Under the pieces are notes generated by a model. That model saw nothing but the letters and a program-made list of their open reading frames with translations. It searched no databases and was not told the DNA's origin. This document shows positions 40,033-50,271 of a stretch of DNA of 64,000 nt, piece after piece. The DNA is from Candidatus Hydrothermarchaeota archaeon. Lineage in GTDB: Archaea > CAYFZR01. Where the stretch lies: assembly GCA_046760505.1 (NCBI GenBank), contig JBHIEG010000004.1, forward strand, positions 1-64,000, given 5' to 3'. Position numbers and translations under genes: made by a program. Positions within the stretch are counted from its first letter, which is position 1, and each line of letters begins with the position of its first letter.

Positions 40033-40145
40033 ATTTTGTACTCCTAATTACTACAAATAGAGGTTATAAATGGATTATTAGACATTATATAATTTTTTTG
40101 GTTTTAATAGGAAACTCTAAATAGGAAGAGAAGAACTTTCTATCC

Positions 40146-40724
40146 ATGATGGAGGAAGCTTTAGGCGAAGATATAGGAGAGATAGAAGAAGAGATCGAAG
40201 TTAAAGAGGTTGATGAGGTCAAACTCGAGCTGAGAGATATATCCTCTAGCCCCGAAAAAATTACCGTTGGAGCAAAAGACGTACGGTTAAATGTTAGGAT
40301 ATTGAATTCCGGAACAAAAACCGCTGAACTGCTAGAGATAACGATAAAATCTGACGTGATGAAACCATCCATTACAGATTCCCACCGAGCATTCATAGAC
40401 GAAATAAAACCAAAGGGCTCTGAAACAGCGAAGTTTCGCGTTGATATAACCACGAGAGAGGACGGAGTGGTTCCTGTTGACTTTGAAATAAAGTACGTTG
40501 AAGATGAAACTGAGAAAAAGATAATTAGAACGAGAGAAATACCAATAATGCCAAAGAAAAAGAAATCAAAGGTTCTAACATTGATTACCGCCCTGATAAT
40601 TATCGCTGTTCTATTATCCATTTCTTTGGGGGCTAACTATTACTTTGATTTTTATCCGCCCGTAAATCAGCAGCTATCTCAAATCATCCAGAAGATACCC
40701 CTTGAAAAGATACCTATAAGATGA
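40146..40724 (+). CDS. Hypothetical membrane protein with CARDB/Ig-like domain
   Basis: I.NSG...A beta-sandwich pattern, C-terminal TM helix. Confidence 0.6.
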   Translation: MMEEALGEDIGEIEEEIEVKEVDEVKLELRDISSSPEKITVGAKDVRLNVRILNSGTKTAELLEITIKSDVMKPSITDSHRAFIDEIKPKGSETAKFRVDITTREDGVVPVDFEIKYVEDETEKKIIRTREIPIMPKKKKSKVLTLITALIIIAVLLSISLGANYYFDFYPPVNQQLSQIIQKIPLEKIPIR

Positions 40725-40796
40725 GATAACGGTGTAAAGCAGAATAAGGTCTGATATCATTAGTTATTTAACGGGAAAGTTAGTGTAAAGGCGAAT

Positions 40797-42374
40797 ATGA
40801 TGAAGGTACTCGTACCAGATACAAGCGTCATAATTGATGGAAGATTCAACATTTTTCTAAAACAAATAAAGGATAAATGCAAGATCGTTATTCCTGAGGC
40901 AGTCATATCAGAGCTTGAAAATCAAGCCAATAAGGGTAGAGAGATAGGTTTTAAGGGGTTAGATGAGGTAATAGCCTTAAAAAAGTTAGCAGAAGAGATG
41001 GGATTGGAATTAGTATTTCATGGTGCCAGACCCACGCCAGAACAAATAAAATACTCTCGCACCGGAGAGATCGATGAAATAATTAGATACGTCGCATTAG
41101 ATGTTGGAGGAACCTTGGTTACAGGGGACAATGTCCAAGCAAAAGTTGCACAGATAAAAGGAATTGATGTTGAATTGCTCCCTCCTCTGGAAGAGAAAAG
41201 GGAAAACATCCTTGAAAGAATGTTTGAAGAGAATATAATGTCCATTCATCTAAAAGAGAACGTTATACCTGTGGCAAAGAAAGGCAGGCCAGGAAATATA
41301 AGAATCATAAAACTTCGTGAAACACCATGCACGCTGGAACAGCTTGAATATCTCGCTAAAGACATCCTGAGAGAAGCTAAGGCAAGAAGAGACGGTTTTA
41401 TTGAAATAGAAAGAAGAGGAGCCACTGTAATCCAACTTGGACCATACAGAATATCGATTTGCAGGCCGCCATTCAGCGATGGGTTCGAGATAACAGCGGT
41501 AAGACCCATAGCAAAGGTAAGTTTGGAGGACTATTCTTTGTCGGACAAACTGATGAACAGACTAGAAAAGAGAGCTGAGGGAATACTCATTGCAGGACCT
41601 CCTGGTGCTGGAAAATCTACCTTTGCTCAAGCACTGGCGGAATTTTACAGTAAAAGAGAGAAGATAGTTAAGACGATGGAAAGCCCCAGAGATCTTCAGG
41701 TCACGGAGGAAATAACTCAATACTCTCCTCTGGAAGGGAGCATGGAGAAAACTGCGGATATATTGTTGTTGGTAAGACCAGATTACACGATATACGATGA
41801 ACTTAGAAAAACAAGCGATTTCCAAGTATTCGCTGACATGAGACTTGCTGGCGTAGGCATGATTGGGGTTGTGCATTCCACAGAGGCTATAGATGCAATT
41901 CAGAGGTTAATTGGAAGAGTGGAGATGGGAATGATACCCCAAGTGGTAGACACAATTATATTCATAAAAGATGGGTGGATCAAGAAGGTTTACGAAATCA
42001 ATTTCACCGTGAGAGTACCCACCGGCATGGTAGAAGCAGACTTGGCAAGACCGCTGGTAGAGGTCAGAGACTTCGACTCTGGAAAGGTGGAATACGAGAT
42101 CTATACTTACGGAGAAGAAGTCATAGTTATGCCCCTCACCGGAGAGATTGATACTGAATCTAAAAGAGACAGGGCAATAGAGAAGATCACGAGAGAGTTG
42201 GAAAGATATGTGGAAGATATAAGAAAAATAGACATGATATCCGATAGAGAAGCAATAGTCTACATCGATAAAAGAAGTATACCAAGGCTCCTTGGAAGGA
42301 AGGGAAAAAGAATTTTAAGAATAGAAAAAAGATTAGGAATAAGGATAGATATAAGACCAATAGAGGATTATTAG
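40797..42374 (+). CDS. PIN-ATPase-KH protein (PINA, COG1855)
   Basis: VPDTSVIIDG PIN domain, GPPGAGKST, RPDYTIYDE, C-terminal KH LLGRKGKRI. Confidence 0.93.
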   Translation: MMKVLVPDTSVIIDGRFNIFLKQIKDKCKIVIPEAVISELENQANKGREIGFKGLDEVIALKKLAEEMGLELVFHGARPTPEQIKYSRTGEIDEIIRYVALDVGGTLVTGDNVQAKVAQIKGIDVELLPPLEEKRENILERMFEENIMSIHLKENVIPVAKKGRPGNIRIIKLRETPCTLEQLEYLAKDILREAKARRDGFIEIERRGATVIQLGPYRISICRPPFSDGFEITAVRPIAKVSLEDYSLSDKLMNRLEKRAEGILIAGPPGAGKSTFAQALAEFYSKREKIVKTMESPRDLQVTEEITQYSPLEGSMEKTADILLLVRPDYTIYDELRKTSDFQVFADMRLAGVGMIGVVHSTEAIDAIQRLIGRVEMGMIPQVVDTIIFIKDGWIKKVYEINFTVRVPTGMVEADLARPLVEVRDFDSGKVEYEIYTYGEEVIVMPLTGEIDTESKRDRAIEKITRELERYVEDIRKIDMISDREAIVYIDKRSIPRLLGRKGKRILRIEKRLGIRIDIRPIEDY

Positions 42375-42463
42375 AATCTAGTTACGCATTTAACAATATT
42401 GCAAATTGGATGAGGGAAAATATAAAAATGTAAGATTTGAGACCAAAGTAGGAGGTTAACACA

Positions 42464-43090
42464 TTGGAAAATTACTTAAAAGGCACAACCTGTGTAGGTT
42501 TGGTATGTAAGGACGGCATTGTTCTGGCAGCGGAGAAAAGGGCTTCCATGGGCTCTTTAGTTGTTCATAAGGAGGCTGTGAAGATATATAAGATTGATAA
42601 TTATGTTGGGGCTACCATAGCGGGTTTAGTTGCCGATGCTCAAAGATTGATCAGATTATTGAAGGCAGAAACTCAATTATACAAGGTTACAAGGGGAGAA
42701 TCAATGAAAGTAGAAGCTATGGCAACTTTACTAGCAAATATAATGTTTTCACAGAGATGGTTTCCATACATAAGCCAACTGCTTGTTGGGGGAATAGACA
42801 ATGAAGGAAAACATCTCTTTGCCATAAGCTTTACCGGAGACATTATAGAAGATAACATGATTGCTACAGGATCAGGATCTCCGATTGCATACGGAATACT
42901 TGAAGGTTTGTATAAAGAAGATCTTACAGTTGAAGAGGGCAAGAAATTGGCTGTTAAGGCGGTTAAGGCAGCGACTGAAAGGGACGTCTTTTCGGGAGAA
43001 GGAATTGATGTAGTGGTAATCAATGAGGGAGGTTATAACAAGTTAAGCAAAGAGGAAATCAAAAAAATAGTCGAAGGGCCCGTGGCCTAG
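42464..43090 (+). CDS. psmB: Proteasome beta subunit
   Basis: Propeptide MENYLKG|TTCVG, AG.VADAQ, TGSGS, ERD..SG; TTG start after GGAGGT. Confidence 0.95.
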   Translation: MENYLKGTTCVGLVCKDGIVLAAEKRASMGSLVVHKEAVKIYKIDNYVGATIAGLVADAQRLIRLLKAETQLYKVTRGESMKVEAMATLLANIMFSQRWFPYISQLLVGGIDNEGKHLFAISFTGDIIEDNMIATGSGSPIAYGILEGLYKEDLTVEEGKKLAVKAVKAATERDVFSGEGIDVVVINEGGYNKLSKEEIKKIVEGPVA

Positions 43091-43149
43091 CTGGATAGGG
43101 CGACGGCCTCCTAAGCCGTAGATCCCGGGTTCAAATCCCGGCGGGCCCG
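43076..43149 (+). tRNA. tRNA-Arg(CCT)
   Basis: Acceptor GGGCCCG/CGGGCCC, anticodon arm ACGGC-CTCCTAA-GCCGT, T-loop GGTTCAAATCC; CCA not encoded. Confidence 0.95.
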
Positions 43150-43213
43150 CTATATTTAATCTTTCTGTATTTTTGAAAATCAAATCAAGTCTGAAGTTTT
43201 AGGTGGTGATTCT

Positions 43214-43960
43214 ATGGATTGGAAAGATGTTGCCAACGTATTATACAAGTACATAAGACTGAATAGCTTCCCAGTAGGTGTAAAGTTACTGGAAAAAAAA
43301 GAGGAGATTCCTCCAAAAACGAGAAGATTTAAAACGAAAATGAATAATTGCCAGCTTGCTGGTCTTGCCCGATCTTACGGCTGGGTTGTGGGAGCCACGA
43401 AGGAGGATCTCGTTTGCGTGGCAGGAGCAGCCTGTGTTGGATTAATTGAGACTCCTGAAAAAATAACTTCGGGGAAAATATCCTACAAGGTAAATCAGAA
43501 AACATTGGAAGCCGCCAAAAAAATGCAAGACGCTGTTTTCCGATTAAAACCTATATACGAGGCAATACTCTTTTACTCTATAGAGAGGGCTCCGATGGAT
43601 CCTGATGTAGTTCTATGTTACGTAAATCCTGCACAAGCCATGAGGCTTATTCATGCTTCTTTATGGGAGATAGGAGGAAAATTAAAATTCGGGTCTAGCG
43701 GTGAATATGGTCTCTGCGGAGAGGCAATCGCTCAAACAATCATAGAAAAAGAACCAAAAATAGCAGTAGCCTGCTATGGCGACAGGAGGTTCGGTTTAAC
43801 TCAAGATCACGAACTGATTTTTTCATTTCCGGCTGAGTGGACGGAAAGAATCTTGGAAGGATTGGAAGAGACACACAAAGCGGGCGTCAGGTATCCAATA
43901 CCATTCCAATTAGAATTCGCGCCCCAGATGCCAGAAATTTATTTCATTGAAGAAGAATAG
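43214..43960 (+). CDS. DUF169 family protein
   Basis: PVGVKL, CQ...AR, P.QAMRL, C, CYGDR. Confidence 0.85.
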   Translation: MDWKDVANVLYKYIRLNSFPVGVKLLEKKEEIPPKTRRFKTKMNNCQLAGLARSYGWVVGATKEDLVCVAGAACVGLIETPEKITSGKISYKVNQKTLEAAKKMQDAVFRLKPIYEAILFYSIERAPMDPDVVLCYVNPAQAMRLIHASLWEIGGKLKFGSSGEYGLCGEAIAQTIIEKEPKIAVACYGDRRFGLTQDHELIFSFPAEWTERILEGLEETHKAGVRYPIPFQLEFAPQMPEIYFIEEE

Positions 43961-44015
43961 AGCATGAGTTCTGCATGTAACAACGCATCCTCCACATCCT
44001 CGAATAAGAATTGAT

Positions 44016-45524
44016 CTAAATTAGATCAGGTATCTGCTCCTCCTCCCTGACTATGCATTCTATGAGAAAAGGCTCTCTTATTCTAATTGTCTCATTTAAA
44101 ACTTCATTTAGAGAGGGTATGTCATCTACTCTTTCCCCATTTATTCCATAAGAATTAGCCAGCTTTGTAAAATCGGGATTTCTTAAATTTATTGAGGTAG
44201 TTCTTCCGTATATTCTCTCTTGGAATTGTCCTATCAGTTCGAGAGATGAGTTGTTTATCAGAACTATTTTTATTGGTATCTCATATTGTTTTATCGTTGC
44301 TAGTTCACTTGAACTCATCATAAAACCGCCATCTCCAACTATAGAAACTACTAATTCGTGAGGCATTGCAATCTGCACACCTATTGAAGCAGGTACAGAG
44401 AAACCCATGGGGGTGAAGTTACCCGGTACGATAAAACTTCTCGGTCTATATACCTTAGAAAGCATGCAACCCCAAACGGTAAAGGATCCTATGTCATAGA
44501 CTGTTATTCCTTTCTTACCTAGCGTATCATGGACTGTTTTGCATATGCTCTTGCTTGTGAATCCTTTATGTCCTTCAAGGTCTTCTTTGTCCTTTTTTAT
44601 TCCTATCTTTTTGTTTATATCGTATTTCAACAGTCCCAGTAAGACTAATTTTGCATCTCCAATTATCTCCATATCAGCAAGGACTCTGGATGAATTTTTC
44701 TTAACGTCTATTCTTACTACCTCAGCATCGATATCTTCAAGATCAATGGTCAATGGAGAAGCGCTGCATCCTATAATGATTAAGAGATCTGTCTCCTTTA
44801 ACATTTCATTTGCTTTCTTATTACCCCTTTTCCCCATAACTCCTAAAGAAAGGGGATGATCCTCTGGTATAACTCCTCTTGCCATCATCGAGGTCGCAAC
44901 AGGTATGGAAATGGACTCTGCTAGTTTGACTAACTCTTTACATGCGTTACTCCATAAAATTCCTGATCCTGCTAAAATCATCGGATTACTCGAATTTTCA
45001 ATTCTCTCCGCAAGTTTTCTAATTAAGTTCTCATCGGGCTTTCTTCTAGAAACATGAAATTTTCTTCTTTTTACATCTTCTTTTTTCTTCAAAACGTCTT
45101 CAGGTACCGCTATGTGCACTGGTCCAGGACAATCTTTCAAAGAGAACTCATAACAAGAAAGGACGGTTTCATAAACATTATTTTCCAATATAACGCTTTT
45201 TTTTGTTATATTTCTAAATAAATTTGTTGAAACATCATCTACTCCGGTAATGGCTACGACTGGTATGTTATCTTTTTTTGCATTTGCTACTCCCATGGTA
45301 AGATTCAATGCTCCTGGACCTGCTGTTGCTATACAAGTGCCGGGAGAACCAGAAACTCTTGCGTAACCATCACATGCATGTACAGCTCCTTGTTCGTGTC
45401 TTGTCAATATGTTTTTGATGTTAGAATCTAGCAAAAGATCGTACATTTCCAAAATTCTTTTTCCGGGAATTCCAAAAACAGTCTTTACGTTAGCATCTTC
45501 TAATGCCTTTAAGAAGGGATTCAT
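44016..45524 (-). CDS. Thiamine-diphosphate-dependent enzyme (acetolactate synthase / decarboxylase superfamily)
   Basis: FGIPG, RHEQGA, GPGA.N, GDGGFMM...NN ThDP motif; no ilvN/ilvC/ilvD nearby. Confidence 0.9.
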   Translation of the reverse strand: MNPFLKALEDANVKTVFGIPGKRILEMYDLLLDSNIKNILTRHEQGAVHACDGYARVSGSPGTCIATAGPGALNLTMGVANAKKDNIPVVAITGVDDVSTNLFRNITKKSVILENNVYETVLSCYEFSLKDCPGPVHIAVPEDVLKKKEDVKRRKFHVSRRKPDENLIRKLAERIENSSNPMILAGSGILWSNACKELVKLAESISIPVATSMMARGVIPEDHPLSLGVMGKRGNKKANEMLKETDLLIIIGCSASPLTIDLEDIDAEVVRIDVKKNSSRVLADMEIIGDAKLVLLGLLKYDINKKIGIKKDKEDLEGHKGFTSKSICKTVHDTLGKKGITVYDIGSFTVWGCMLSKVYRPRSFIVPGNFTPMGFSVPASIGVQIAMPHELVVSIVGDGGFMMSSSELATIKQYEIPIKIVLINNSSLELIGQFQERIYGRTTSINLRNPDFTKLANSYGINGERVDDIPSLNEVLNETIRIREPFLIECIVREEEQIPDLI

Positions 45525-46525
45525 AAGATTTCCCTTAACGTTTTTATTAGAGATTCAGTAAATTCTTTTGTAGACGAATTTCCATTTAAATCAGGAGTTT
45601 TTATTCCTCTTTTTAATACTTTTTCGATGGACGATTCAATCTTTTTTGCATAATCTTTTTTTCCGAGATAACTCAGCATTAGGCAAGAGGACAATATGCT
45701 AGCAATGGGATTTGCTATGCCTTTACCTGCGATATCTGGGGCACTACCATGAATCGGCTCGAAGAGAGCATAATTATCCCCCAAATTCATACTTGGAACT
45801 ATACCGATGCCCCCTATCAAACCTGCGCCGATGTCGGAGATTATGTCTCCGAAGAGATTTGTCGTCAGAATAACGTCAAATTTTTTTGGATCTTCTACGA
45901 GATGCATACAAAATGAATCTATCAGACACTCTTCTTTCTCTATTTCTTGATATCTTTCACCCACTTTAAGAGAGACATCTCTGAACAATCCACATGTCTT
46001 TCTTAGGACATTTGCTTTGTGGACAATTGTTACTTTCTTTCTTTTTTCTTTTCTAGCCTGTTCAAAAGCAATCTTTGCTATTCTCTCGCTTCCCTTTTTT
46101 GTAATAATTCTCTTCGCAGAGTATCCGTCGTTTAACTCTTCTTCAATTCCTGAGTATAATCCCTCTGAGTTTTCCCTTACCACTATCAGGTCGACATCTT
46201 TGTGGATTCCTCTTATTTCCTTTAGGCTCTTTATGGGTCTGATATTAGCGTATAATTCAAGTTCTTTTCTTAATGTAAGTATGGGACTTTTATATCCTTC
46301 AATAATCTTGGGAGGGGTGGTTGTTGCACCGAATAAACATGCATCAGTTTCTTTTACTGTCTCAATTACTTCTTCAGATATGGACTCTCCGCATTTCTTA
46401 TAACATTCATATCCTGCTTCCAGAAAGACGAATTCCATGTCCAAATTCAATTCTTTTAAAATTTTTATGGTGGCTCCAATTACTTCAGGTCCTATTCCGT
46501 CGCCTTCAATAACCGAGATTCGCAT
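45521..46525 (-). CDS. aksF: (Homo)isocitrate / isopropylmalate dehydrogenase, AksF-like
   Basis: [38 protein letters not shown]; operon context. Confidence 0.8.
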   Translation of the reverse strand: MRISVIEGDGIGPEVIGATIKILKELNLDMEFVFLEAGYECYKKCGESISEEVIETVKETDACLFGATTTPPKIIEGYKSPILTLRKELELYANIRPIKSLKEIRGIHKDVDLIVVRENSEGLYSGIEEELNDGYSAKRIITKKGSERIAKIAFEQARKEKRKKVTIVHKANVLRKTCGLFRDVSLKVGERYQEIEKEECLIDSFCMHLVEDPKKFDVILTTNLFGDIISDIGAGLIGGIGIVPSMNLGDNYALFEPIHGSAPDIAGKGIANPIASILSSCLMLSYLGKKDYAKKIESSIEKVLKRGIKTPDLNGNSSTKEFTESLIKTLREIL

Positions 46526-47004
46526 ATCCTTTTCTTCCTGTAAGGGATTAAACCTCCACTTTTTAGAATATCTAACATAAATTCTGGAAGTTTTTCTGCC
46601 TTTAGCACGTTTTTTTCGGTTTTTACGATGCCATTTTCAATATCCACCTCTATTATATCACCTTCTTCAACCATTTTTGTTATTCCTTTGCATTCGACAA
46701 CTGGGAGACCTAAGTTTATCGAGTTTCTGAAGAAAATTCTGGCAAAGGATTCTGCGATAACACATTTTATGCCCGCCTCTTTTATTGCTATGGGGGCCTG
46801 TTCCCTACTAGATCCACATCCAAAGTTTTCTCCCGCTACTATTAAGTCACCTTCCTTTATTTTCTTAGAAAAATCAGGATCTAACCCTTCTAATAGATGT
46901 TCTACCCAGATGGTGTGATCCAACGTCCTTAGATATTTTCCAGGAATGATAACGTCAGTATCGATATGATCGCCAAGTTTCCATACCCTTCCTTTAATTC
47001 TCAT
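46492..47004 (-). CDS. aksE: Homoaconitase small subunit
   Basis: [13 protein letters not shown] (YLRT loop typical of methanogen homoaconitase), NFGCGSSRE. Confidence 0.82.
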   Translation of the reverse strand: MRIKGRVWKLGDHIDTDVIIPGKYLRTLDHTIWVEHLLEGLDPDFSKKIKEGDLIVAGENFGCGSSREQAPIAIKEAGIKCVIAESFARIFFRNSINLGLPVVECKGITKMVEEGDIIEVDIENGIVKTEKNVLKAEKLPEFMLDILKSGGLIPYRKKRICESRLLKATE

Positions 47005-48182
47005 GTTATCTCCCTTGGGTCCGTTATCTCTCCCGTTATCGCAGAAGCTGCCACGGTCGCAGGGCTAGCCAGGTATATCTTTGCCTTTCTGCTTCCCATT
47101 CTTCCTATGAAATTTCTATTCGAGGAGGAAATACAGATTTCCCCCTTTCCAAGAACCCCGAAATTCCCACCCAAGCACGGGCCGCAACCTGGCGGACCCA
47201 AAACCGCTCCGGCTCTTAAAAAATGTGCCAACAAACCTTCTTTACATGCTTTGTCCAAAGTCTTCTTTGAAGCAGGAACAATGATGAGTCTAACGTCTTC
47301 ATGGATTTTTTTATCCTTCAAAATATTTGCAACTATCCTAAGATCCTCTATCCTTCCGTTAGTACATGATCCAATGAAAGCCTGATCTATCGAGCTTTTT
47401 ACGTCTGATACTGGCCTTACAGAGTCTACTCTGTTTGGAGAAGAAACTGAAATATCTATATCGTCTGCATCTAAGAATATTTCTTTTTCCACCTGGTATG
47501 AATCATTGTTGGCGATGATTCCTGTTTTTGCACCCATCTCTACTGACATATTACAAAGAGTCTGTTTTTCTGAGATGTTCATGTTATTTACGGTCTCTCC
47601 GAAGAATTCTATGCACATATAGTGGGCCCCACTCATTCCGATTTCTTTTATTACATTAAGAATTACATCTTTTGCACTAACTAAGTTTGTGAGGTTACCG
47701 TTTATGTTCACCCTGTACGTTTTTGGTACCTTGAGCCAAGTCATCCCGCTTTCTAAAATATAGGCGCAGTCTGTAGCACCCATACCTATGGCAAGGGCTT
47801 TAGATGCCCCATTCGTACACGTGTGAGAATCCGCTCCTACCAATATCATTCCTGGCTTCACCAGTCCCCTTTCATAGATTACTTGGTGGCATATTCCGTG
47901 ACCTATGTCAAAGAAGTTTTTTATATTCTGCTCTCTTGCAAATCTTCTTATCATGTTGTGCAAGTTGGCTGTTTGTTCATTGTTAGCAGGTATTAGGTGA
48001 TCAAACACGATAGCTACTTTATCAGGATCCCATACTTTCTCTGCTAGCTCTTTAAAGCTTTTAACAACTAAGGTTGCGGAACCATCATGCATCATGCAAA
48101 GATCCACAGGAGTTTCAACGAAATCTCCAGCGTATACTTTTTCTTTTATTTTTTTGCTGATTATTTCCTCAGCCAAGGACAT
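47001..48182 (-). CDS. aksD: Homoaconitase large subunit
   Basis: HD, DH, GICHQ, ADSHT, GSCTNGR, CGPCLG, NRNF.GRMG. Confidence 0.82.
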   Translation of the reverse strand: MSLAEEIISKKIKEKVYAGDFVETPVDLCMMHDGSATLVVKSFKELAEKVWDPDKVAIVFDHLIPANNEQTANLHNMIRRFAREQNIKNFFDIGHGICHQVIYERGLVKPGMILVGADSHTCTNGASKALAIGMGATDCAYILESGMTWLKVPKTYRVNINGNLTNLVSAKDVILNVIKEIGMSGAHYMCIEFFGETVNNMNISEKQTLCNMSVEMGAKTGIIANNDSYQVEKEIFLDADDIDISVSSPNRVDSVRPVSDVKSSIDQAFIGSCTNGRIEDLRIVANILKDKKIHEDVRLIIVPASKKTLDKACKEGLLAHFLRAGAVLGPPGCGPCLGGNFGVLGKGEICISSSNRNFIGRMGSRKAKIYLASPATVAASAITGEITDPREIT

Positions 48183-49365
48183 ATCTTTCTCCTTTCTTTA
48201 CTCTTTCAGCAAATTCTCTGATTAAATCGTCTGTTATTGTGTATCCATCCTCTCTGTATTCTTTAACGAGATAAACTACCGAATCTACTTCTTCTTCGCT
48301 CAAATTATAGTTTAATTCCTTTAATTTTTCCAAAACACCACGAAATCCGCTGTGTTTACCATAAACTAATTCTCTTTTCTTTCCAACTATCTGAGGAAGG
48401 TATGGTTCGTAGGTAAATGAATTTTCCAATACGGCAGCAACATGAATTCCTGATTCATGTCTGAAAACATTTTTGCCGACTATAGCCTTGTTTGGTGGAA
48501 TATCTATTCCTGAGTACCTAGACACCAACTCAGAGAGCTCACTGAGCACAGAATACCTGAAGCCCAAGTCGACTCCATACAGGATGTAAAGAGACATGAT
48601 TACTTCCTCGAGAGAGGCATTTCCCCCTCTTTCTCCGATTCCATTTACCGTACATGATACCGCATTAATTCCGGCTTCCACAGCGGCTAAGGAATTGGCA
48701 ACTGCAAGCCCAAAGTCGTTGTGACAATGAACCGCCATGGGTATTTTGATCTCTTTTCTGAGCGTGGATATGAGTGATTTCATTGCAGTTGGGTGTATGC
48801 AGCCAACCGTATCTGCCAGCCCCACTCTATCGGTTTTTAATTCCTCAGCGATTTTGTATACCTTTAACAGGGCATCGATATCGGATCTCGTACCATCTTC
48901 ACAACTTAACTGTGTCCATATACCATGGTCTTTTGCATACTCTACTGTTTCTATTCCTTTTTCGATTATTTCGTCTAAACGCGCTTTTACTTTATACTTC
49001 AGGTGGATATGAGATGTTGGGAAAAATATTATGACACCGTCAACTCCACACTTCAGGGCATAGTCCACATCCTTTATGTTTGCCCTTGCAAGAGAAAGTA
49101 CTTTTAAATTTAAACCTTGGTCAACTATCTTTTTTATACCAATCCTTTCCCTTCTTGATACACTGGGAAAGCCAGCTTCGATTTCTTGAACACCCAGTTC
49201 ATCCAGCTTTATTGCTATTTCTAACTTTTGTTGGGGAGTAAACGCCACCCCCGGAGTTTGTTCACCATCCCTTAAGGTAGTATCATATATAGTCAGGTTT
49301 TCCGCTATAGAGATGTTTTTTCTCACTTCATCTGTTAAGTTAAATCCACTGACACAACTTTTCAT
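48169..49365 (-). CDS. aksA: Homocitrate synthase family, AksA-like (no C-terminal regulatory domain)
   Basis: DTTLRDGEQTPG, HCHNDFG, GIGERGGN, HESGIHV.AV.EN..TYEP; 398 aa. Confidence 0.8.
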   Translation of the reverse strand: MKSCVSGFNLTDEVRKNISIAENLTIYDTTLRDGEQTPGVAFTPQQKLEIAIKLDELGVQEIEAGFPSVSRRERIGIKKIVDQGLNLKVLSLARANIKDVDYALKCGVDGVIIFFPTSHIHLKYKVKARLDEIIEKGIETVEYAKDHGIWTQLSCEDGTRSDIDALLKVYKIAEELKTDRVGLADTVGCIHPTAMKSLISTLRKEIKIPMAVHCHNDFGLAVANSLAAVEAGINAVSCTVNGIGERGGNASLEEVIMSLYILYGVDLGFRYSVLSELSELVSRYSGIDIPPNKAIVGKNVFRHESGIHVAAVLENSFTYEPYLPQIVGKKRELVYGKHSGFRGVLEKLKELNYNLSEEEVDSVVYLVKEYREDGYTITDDLIREFAERVKKGERYVLG

Positions 49366-50271
49366 CTATATCCTTCCTATGAGTTCATTCAGAGATGAGG
49401 CAATCTCTTCTTTTGAAGCGCCAAAGTGAATTGCGATTCCTATATTATTGTTTAACTTCATGAATCCTAATTTATCTCTCAGACAACACCTCAGTATAAA
49501 AGGATGTCTCACGATTTCTTTTGCTACTTCTCTTGGACATATGTTTTCGTGGATGAATTTCTCGTTAAATTTCTCTTCAAATACCATCTTTGATACTTCA
49601 CAGCCAATAAGCACATTATTTTCCTTTACCTCTTGGACATCTGTTAGAAAGGCGAAGTTTCCATTCAGTTCATTTTTTGTTATCCCGATATCACACGGAA
49701 ATAGGAGAAGGGTATTTTTAGCAATATATTTTCTTCCTTTTTCTATCAAATTTATGGCATTCAACTCGAAATCTATGAAAAAATCTTTTTCTTTTATCAA
49801 ACCGCACCGTCTTAGATAAGTGATATCCTCCATCAGTTTTGAGGGGAAAGGCGGAACAACGTCTATGACCTGTATTTTTTTGATATTTGAATCTAAGGGA
49901 TCGATAACGAAATTCATATGTTCATGCTCTCCAAATACTACTACTGCCTTTGCATTAGATTTTTTAGCCTCTTTGTAAGCAGTGGTTATAAGTTCGCTCT
50001 TACATCTCACGTCTATGGGTCTTTTTATCACTGAAGTCTCTTCTGGCATTGAAATTATGGATAAATTAATTATTTTTTGAATAAATCCTTTTCCAGCTAA
50101 TTCTGTCTCAACGATTGCTGCATCATTACTTTTTTCATTTAACAGAACTATGTACTTAGATGAAAAGTAGGCTTCTTTGTTCTTAAGAGACCTTTTAATT
50201 TCTTCTCTGTCCCTCAAATTGATTTTGACTTTTTTCAATGAAACAAATCTACAGTGCTCCGGCAAGATCAT
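49366..50271 (-). CDS. Conserved Cys-motif hypothetical protein (resembles DUF7714 from memory)
   Basis: DVVPP.PSKL, FPC, IGC, ICP, RCC, HFGA; ATG at 50271 overlaps the upstream stop (ATGA). Confidence 0.65.
   Translation of the reverse strand: MILPEHCRFVSLKKVKINLRDREEIKRSLKNKEAYFSSKYIVLLNEKSNDAAIVETELAGKGFIQKIINLSIISMPEETSVIKRPIDVRCKSELITTAYKEAKKSNAKAVVVFGEHEHMNFVIDPLDSNIKKIQVIDVVPPFPSKLMEDITYLRRCGLIKEKDFFIDFELNAINLIEKGRKYIAKNTLLLFPCDIGITKNELNGNFAFLTDVQEVKENNVLIGCEVSKMVFEEKFNEKFIHENICPREVAKEIVRHPFILRCCLRDKLGFMKLNNNIGIAIHFGASKEEIASSLNELIGRI

Noticed and set aside
44016-49365. Ordinary leucine/isoleucine or aminoadipate-lysine operon
   Set aside because: Disfavoured, not excluded: YLRT loop, no regulatory domain on the synthase, no ilvN/C/D or lysWXYZ, and coupling to marker 11
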